This document shows, in pieces, positions 58,746 through 64,000 of a DNA stretch of 64,000 nt (position 1 is its first letter; every line of letters starts with the position of its first letter). The translations under genes and the position numbers were made by a program. The stretch comes from Minutocellus sp. GHC0000111 (taxonomy: Eukaryota), in assembly GCA_977018835.1 (NCBI GenBank), contig OZ361256.1:3720001-3784000 (forward strand). Direction: 5' to 3'. Under the pieces are notes generated by a model that saw only the letters and a list, made by a program, of their open reading frames with translations, had not been told where the DNA came from and made no database searches.

Positions 58746-60528
58746 CGAGGTCCGTTTCGCGAGAAATCGAGCGCAGGGTCGGGACCAAAACAGCGACTTT
58801 TTGGGCCCGCAACCGCCTGAATCTTAGATCTACCGGCATTGAATACATGTGTACAATGCAAAGTACATGTATTGCAGCAGCTAGTATCCAGATCTACAAT
58901 CCAATCTAGTATTATTAAACACAATATAACTTAAAAGCACCGCAGGACTAATTATCCATGGTTGGATCAGCAGGAGGAGGAGCGATAATTTTCCCATCTA
59001 TCCGAACCATGCCATTTTCAGTCGGCCTGAAATCCTTTCGCACCCCAACATGAATGCCTTCACCGTTTCCAAGAAAATCATTGTTGCCTTTTGCAACGAT
59101 TACCTTCTTTGCAATTCTATGAGCCTGGATGTATGCCGATGCGATCTTCCAGTTTTCCAGCCCCATCCAAACTTCCTCCGCTGCATCCCAAGTCTGATCC
59201 TCTGTCAAAACCTTCAGCCCCTCCCGATCGCGGCACAACATTGCATGCTGCTTTGACATGCAAGGGAAAACAGACAGATCAAGAACATTCATATGGGGCA
59301 TTTGCGGGGCCTGAGGTTCCCAACGCCATCCCTTGTCCCGACAGTATCCTTCCACATATTCCACAAATTCAGTCTCGGCATGGGGCCCAGCATTGTCGCC
59401 CTGGAAAATAGGGACATAGCCTTCAAACTTTCCGCCAGGTCCGACCAAAGCCTCAACATCCGGAAATATCTTGTTCTCAAACAAAGCTTTCAGTGGGAAC
59501 TTGGGATTATCAAGGGTGCCATGGCTGCATCCAGTCACCGCGCAATCCACAAGGTATAGATCGTCTTTCTTCCGAACCACCGGGCCGCAATATTTGATTC
59601 TACCATCTGCCTGCCGCACCGCCTCCCTTACCATCTGCCTCGCAATTTTATGCGCCTGAGCCCGAAAAAGTCTAAGCTTGAACGCAATGCCGCCATTCTC
59701 AATGCTGTCAATAAAAGCCAAGGCAGTGACAGCCACCACCATGCACTTGTTGATGTGATTTCGGTGATATGCCGAGAAGGACCGAGGATCAATACCCAAT
59801 TCTGCAACTTGCTTGGCATACGATCGAAGAACCAAGCCCCAAAACCACTTCTCATCGAACATAACAAGGAGAAACTTGCCACCGCCGAGCCCCCAATTGT
59901 TTCGGAATTTCCGCGCAAATGCCAATTGTTTCTCCATCTGATGTGTAGTAAGGAGAGGGATGATCCTTTCGGCATAGTACCGGAACCCTTCCCGCGACAT
60001 TATCCACCGCCGTATTGCCGAGTAGGAACACCAAAAGTTGACATCCACCTCCAGCTCCCGCCAAGATTCCCGAGGATTTCGTATCAGAGCATCAACAATA
60101 ACATCTCGAATGTATGGCTGCATAGCCAGATGAGATCTCCTCTTCATCTCCCACATCGCCTTCTCAGATGCAGGTAGAGCACCATACGCCTTCATCCATC
60201 CCGAAAATCGTGCACCATGCTCTGCGCTGGACAGCACCGAATAGTCCACCTTTGCCTGCTCCCTGCACTGCGGCCGAATCAGATGAATCATCGGCACTCG
60301 TTGGGAAGCAGTATACCGGTCCAAGTGCGACGAACGCGTCCATTTGATTAGAGCCGCTGAAATCTAAAGTCTTATCCGAATTATTGTTTCACATGAAGAT
60401 AAATCAAAATTAGAGTAAAAATAGCCATTTTCTTAAATATTTCAGCATGACTATTCTTCGAGGCGCTTTTCAATCCCCTCGAAAGCAGTCAAAAACCGGG
60501 CGCTCGATTTCTCGCGAATCTGACCTCG
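58746..60528 (-). mobile_element. Tc1/mariner DNA transposon (plant-mariner-related, DD38D)
   Basis: TA TSD (58744-45, 60529-30); ~29-bp TIR CGAGGTC.G.TTCGCGAGAAATCGAGCGC. Confidence 0.93.
58948..60324 (-). CDS. Mariner transposase (true start uncertain; a 5' exon is possible)
   Basis: FDEKWF, QGDNAGPH, QAPQMPHMNVLDL; uninterrupted 458-codon ORF. Confidence 0.9.
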   Translation of the reverse strand: MDRYTASQRVPMIHLIRPQCREQAKVDYSVLSSAEHGARFSGWMKAYGALPASEKAMWEMKRRSHLAMQPYIRDVIVDALIRNPRESWRELEVDVNFWCSYSAIRRWIMSREGFRYYAERIIPLLTTHQMEKQLAFARKFRNNWGLGGGKFLLVMFDEKWFWGLVLRSYAKQVAELGIDPRSFSAYHRNHINKCMVVAVTALAFIDSIENGGIAFKLRLFRAQAHKIARQMVREAVRQADGRIKYCGPVVRKKDDLYLVDCAVTGCSHGTLDNPKFPLKALFENKIFPDVEALVGPGGKFEGYVPIFQGDNAGPHAETEFVEYVEGYCRDKGWRWEPQAPQMPHMNVLDLSVFPCMSKQHAMLCRDREGLKVLTEDQTWDAAEEVWMGLENWKIASAYIQAHRIAKKVIVAKGNNDFLGNGEGIHVGVRKDFRPTENGMVRIDGKIIAPPPADPTMDN

Positions 60529-60606
60529 TAAGTGTAGACTCAATTTTATGCTATTTCATGTAGCTAGCTAGCTAGCTAGCTCAGCTATCAGGTGCAATTC
60601 GATTTT

Positions 60607-61582
60607 TTAGATATCTGGCTCATCAAAATCAATATTAACGCTATCCTCATCAAAATGATAGTGTAAGTCGGTAGAATCGCCTCTGGACTCCTCCGCCTCT
60701 GGATTCTCAACAATGTCAAGTAGAGCTCCAATCCAGAAAAATAAACGCATGTTCTCACCTGACATTTCCACCATCTGGAATGCATTGATGAGCATCAGAT
60801 AACACAAACTTCCTGCCTCTGGCCCTTCTTCAACTCTTGCTAATACTACATATATTAGCACATAGGCCGGCATTGCAAGGAGCAGACTATTGAAGCATTG
60901 ACAACAGAAAAATTACGGCCATGCCGATCTCGCTACAGACTGTTAGAGTGACGCCTGCAGCTGTGAACAATTGCCCGGCAGTTAGTAGTATATTCGACAC
61001 AAGAAGATACATGCTATTCTGCGACGAAAATGGAGATGGGGCAAAATATTCAACCACCCAACCTGCTCGCCAGAAAGCGATGATAGGGATGAGTGAGTAC
61101 GAAATTAAACCAAACGACAGCATTCCGAGGTAAAAACACTTGGCCTGTTTCTTCAACCTCATCAACGCATCGTAGGGCAATTTGCCCTCGCTCACTATTT
61201 GACTTATTTTCTTGTAGGTGCGCACCGTCTGGAAAGTGAAGGCGACGTCCATAATCTCTGCGATGCAGGCTGAACAGAAGGCGAGGAGGAACATGTAAAG
61301 ATCGTCACCGAAGGGTGGTGGCTTGCCGTCCTCCCCTAGAAGATTGTTCAACACAAAGAGTGCAAGGGCAAAAGCGGTGCATGCCAGCTCCAAAACGGCA
61401 AGAAATACATGCATGTAGGTGTAGGTTCCAACCGAGAGGATGGATTTGATGAAACTAATCCCAGCGGATGTAACAATGAGAATGTCCTGAACGGTCGGTG
61501 GCTTGAAGGACCACGTCGGCCTCGTCGGTGAAAGTGGCGCTAACCATCGGCTGATTTCGGATGCTTTCTTTGTCAGAACCAA
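60607..61582 (-). pseudogene. Multi-pass membrane protein of unknown function, frameshifted at ~60900
   Basis: Hydrophobic helices continue in a second frame (CFNSLLLAMPAYVLIYVVL); start codon unclear. Confidence 0.5.
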
Positions 61583-61991
61583 AGATGTTCGACTGTGGGG
61601 ATCTTAGGTCGTCTAGGTGATGTCAATTATCGGTTTTATGGCCGAATCGGGCGTCTTGAAGAGGTGGTTGTGGGCAGCTTCGCATCGTCTAACCAACCAA
61701 TTCATTGAACATGAAAGAGCCGCCGAACACTTTGTCTATTTCTGTATCGTCATCAATCCATCAGTCTAATCCCGTTTTTGACTTCGCTCGCCGTTATTTT
61801 CATTTCATCAACAACGACTGGCGACCTTCCCCTCGCTGGAATCGCCGGCCGGTGATACCGCTGATATCAGTCGATACAGCAGGAAGCGTCAAAGAGGCGT
61901 CCCATCACGCCCAGCAACAAAGATCGGCCCCTGCGCCGACGAGCGTCGGAGCAATTCGTCGGCATCGGAGGGTCCACCTACACTTGGAGCC

Positions 61992-64000
61992 ATGACCGAC
62001 GAATGCGCATGTACTAGTAAGAGGACCAAGCGACGGATGGGCCAACGCCGGCGGCGCTCGGCCATTGGCATGTCGTTCGCCGCCGCTCTGGTCGGCACGG
62101 CTGCCGTGGTATCTGTCGGTGGTGGTCCCAGTACCGGCGTTGGATTGGCAGAAGCTTCCACCAGAGGCCACAGCAGTTACAATCGTGGTGGTACTTCCAG
62201 TGCAGCACCAGCGGGGTCTGTGCCATCTCATCGGCAGGGCGGTGCGTCTGCTTCGTCGGCGCGTCGAAGGCAGAAAGACTATGCCCGTGATGGTGTGCTT
62301 TCGTATGAAGATGTAGACGCCGGTGGGGGCATGTTTGCCGGCGCAGGAGGCGGAAGCAGCAGCGACAGCGAGGGTGACATGTTTGGCGACGACGAAGAGG
62401 ATTGGTTGTTCGTCGACGCCTCGTCGGCTTGGTCGATGAGGATTGCCGCTGGTGGTGCCTCTAGTGAAACTGCTGATGGCGGCGATGGCAACAGCGGCGA
62501 GAGTGATAGCGCCAGTGCATCTGCGCCTGAGAATGCAAGTGGTTCTAGTGGCCAGGAAGCCGACGCGGTATCTGTTGACGATGAAAATGCAGAATCGGAG
62601 AGCACCGCTGGACAATCTCAACCCCTCCGGACGCTGAAGAAGCTCCAGGCCATGCTGGACGATTCTGATTATGCCACCGCGGCAACAGCCACATCAGCAG
62701 TAGCGAAAGCACCGGCGGCAACAGCTGCTGCTTCTACCAAGCTGTCGTTTGAGGACGATGCTGGTATGGCAACACAGCCAGCAATGCCCGATGTTGCTGC
62801 TACGAGCCTTTCAACGCAGCAGCAGTCAACGCCGCCGCAGCAACAACCGCAAAAACAAGAAGCAGAAGCAGAAAAGCTGTGGACGAGCAAGGATAGGAGC
62901 AAGTACAAGAAGCAGCGCCGGCTGAGACAGGAGAGAGAACGCAGGGAGCAGCTCGAAGAGCAGAGACGCAAGTGGCAGCAGGCAGGACTCTCATTGTCGT
63001 CGGATGATGATGACGTCGACCAAAAGAGTGAAAGGGATGACGATGCCGCTGCTGCCTTAGTTGCGACTGATACCGATGATGATGCCTTCCTTACGGATGG
63101 CACAACGACGGAAGACGATGGACTTGGTTACTCCTTGCCTAACCTACCCGTTTACCTCAGTGATAGCGAGGGCAACTCGGATGATTTTGAGCTGCTCGAT
63201 GATGATGATGATGACGAAGGAGATCACCGTGTGCCTCCTCCGCCACCTTCTGCAGCACAGCAATTTCACCAACACCAACAGAGCCAACAGCGAGCGCAGT
63301 CTTATTCTTCTCAACAGCAGCCCTTGCTACCACCATCACAGGCGCAGTATCAGTACCACGGGCAAGGCCAAGGCCAGCAGTCTCCATCGCCTTCTGCCGC
63401 ATCGTACAATCAGCTGATATCTGGGAATCAACAGCAGCAGCTTCTACCAGGCGATCCATACCTTCAGTATCCGCCCTACAATCCTTATCAATACTATCCA
63501 CAGCAACAACAGCAGCAGGGTGGACCTCCTATGAACTATCCGTACCCATTCCCTGGAGCTGCTGCGCCGAATCATCAATACAATCAGCAATAGTACGCGC
63601 AATATATGCAACAATACGCAGCTTGGGCCGCGGCAGCTGCTGCCGCACAGGCAAACTCGGGAGGATCAAGCGCTTACCCTCCCCCGCCGCCACAGGGGCC
63701 GCCTCCCTATCAGCAGTCGAATTACGATGGTAATGCGCAGAGATCTTACTCGCAGCAAAGTCCGTACGCACAAGGAGGCTTCGTCCCACAACCATATGCT
63801 ACAATGCCGCTCCCTTCCGTGGGTGCAGGTACTAAGGGCATTTCTAGCAACACTCAGACTTCTGCAAGGACCAAGGCCGACGTCAAAGCGAAGGGTGATG
63901 ATACAAATGTCTCGTCGGCTCATTTCCAAGGTCCTGGTCACGAAAGAGCAGCCTCAGGTGCTCTTCCACCGCAGCCGCAACAGGTGCCGCCAAGCGTCCC
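61992..64000 (+). pseudogene. Low-complexity (acidic, Q/P-rich) protein with an in-frame TAG at 63591-63593; runs off the window
   Basis: After NQQ* the same frame reads YAQYMQQYAAWAAAAAAAQ... with no stop up to 64000. Confidence 0.6.

Noticed and set aside
3023..63593. Alternative genetic code (TAA/TAG = Gln), suggested by stops at Gln positions 3949 and 63591
   Set aside because: Other internal stops replace Lys (53280) or a hydrophobic residue (28377), TGA also occurs, and TAA/TAG end intact genes normally; ordinary nonsense mutation explains the pattern

Overview
This is gene-dense, intron-poor eukaryotic DNA, most likely from a diatom, judging by signal peptide + AF plastid-targeting motifs, GT-AG introns and a CoDi-like copia element. 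It holds about 28 genes, a Ty1/copia LTR retrotransposon (6627-12318, TSD TTAAT) inserted in a kinase paralogue, a DD38D mariner (58746-60528) and a ~340-bp TIR element containing telomere-like repeats. Main observations: (1) The copia element lacks an obvious tRNA primer site and its primer-site position is complementary to its own LTR (possible self-priming); it also carries a Tudor-like domain behind integrase and an in-frame UGA between gag and pol. (2) A putatively plastid-targeted pyruvate formate-lyase is fused in frame to its radical-SAM activase. (3) A PAS domain is inserted inside an HhH-GPD glycosylase. (4) About half of the genes carry nonsense codons, frameshifts or deletions, suggesting a decaying haplotype or homeolog, although assembly error is not excluded. 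(5) Distinct mutational signatures are visible: TpA->CpA/TpG changes in the TE region, 4-5 bp duplications of mostly palindromic words, and an in-frame (TTAGGG)2 insertion. All calls come from motif recognition by eye; no database searches were run.
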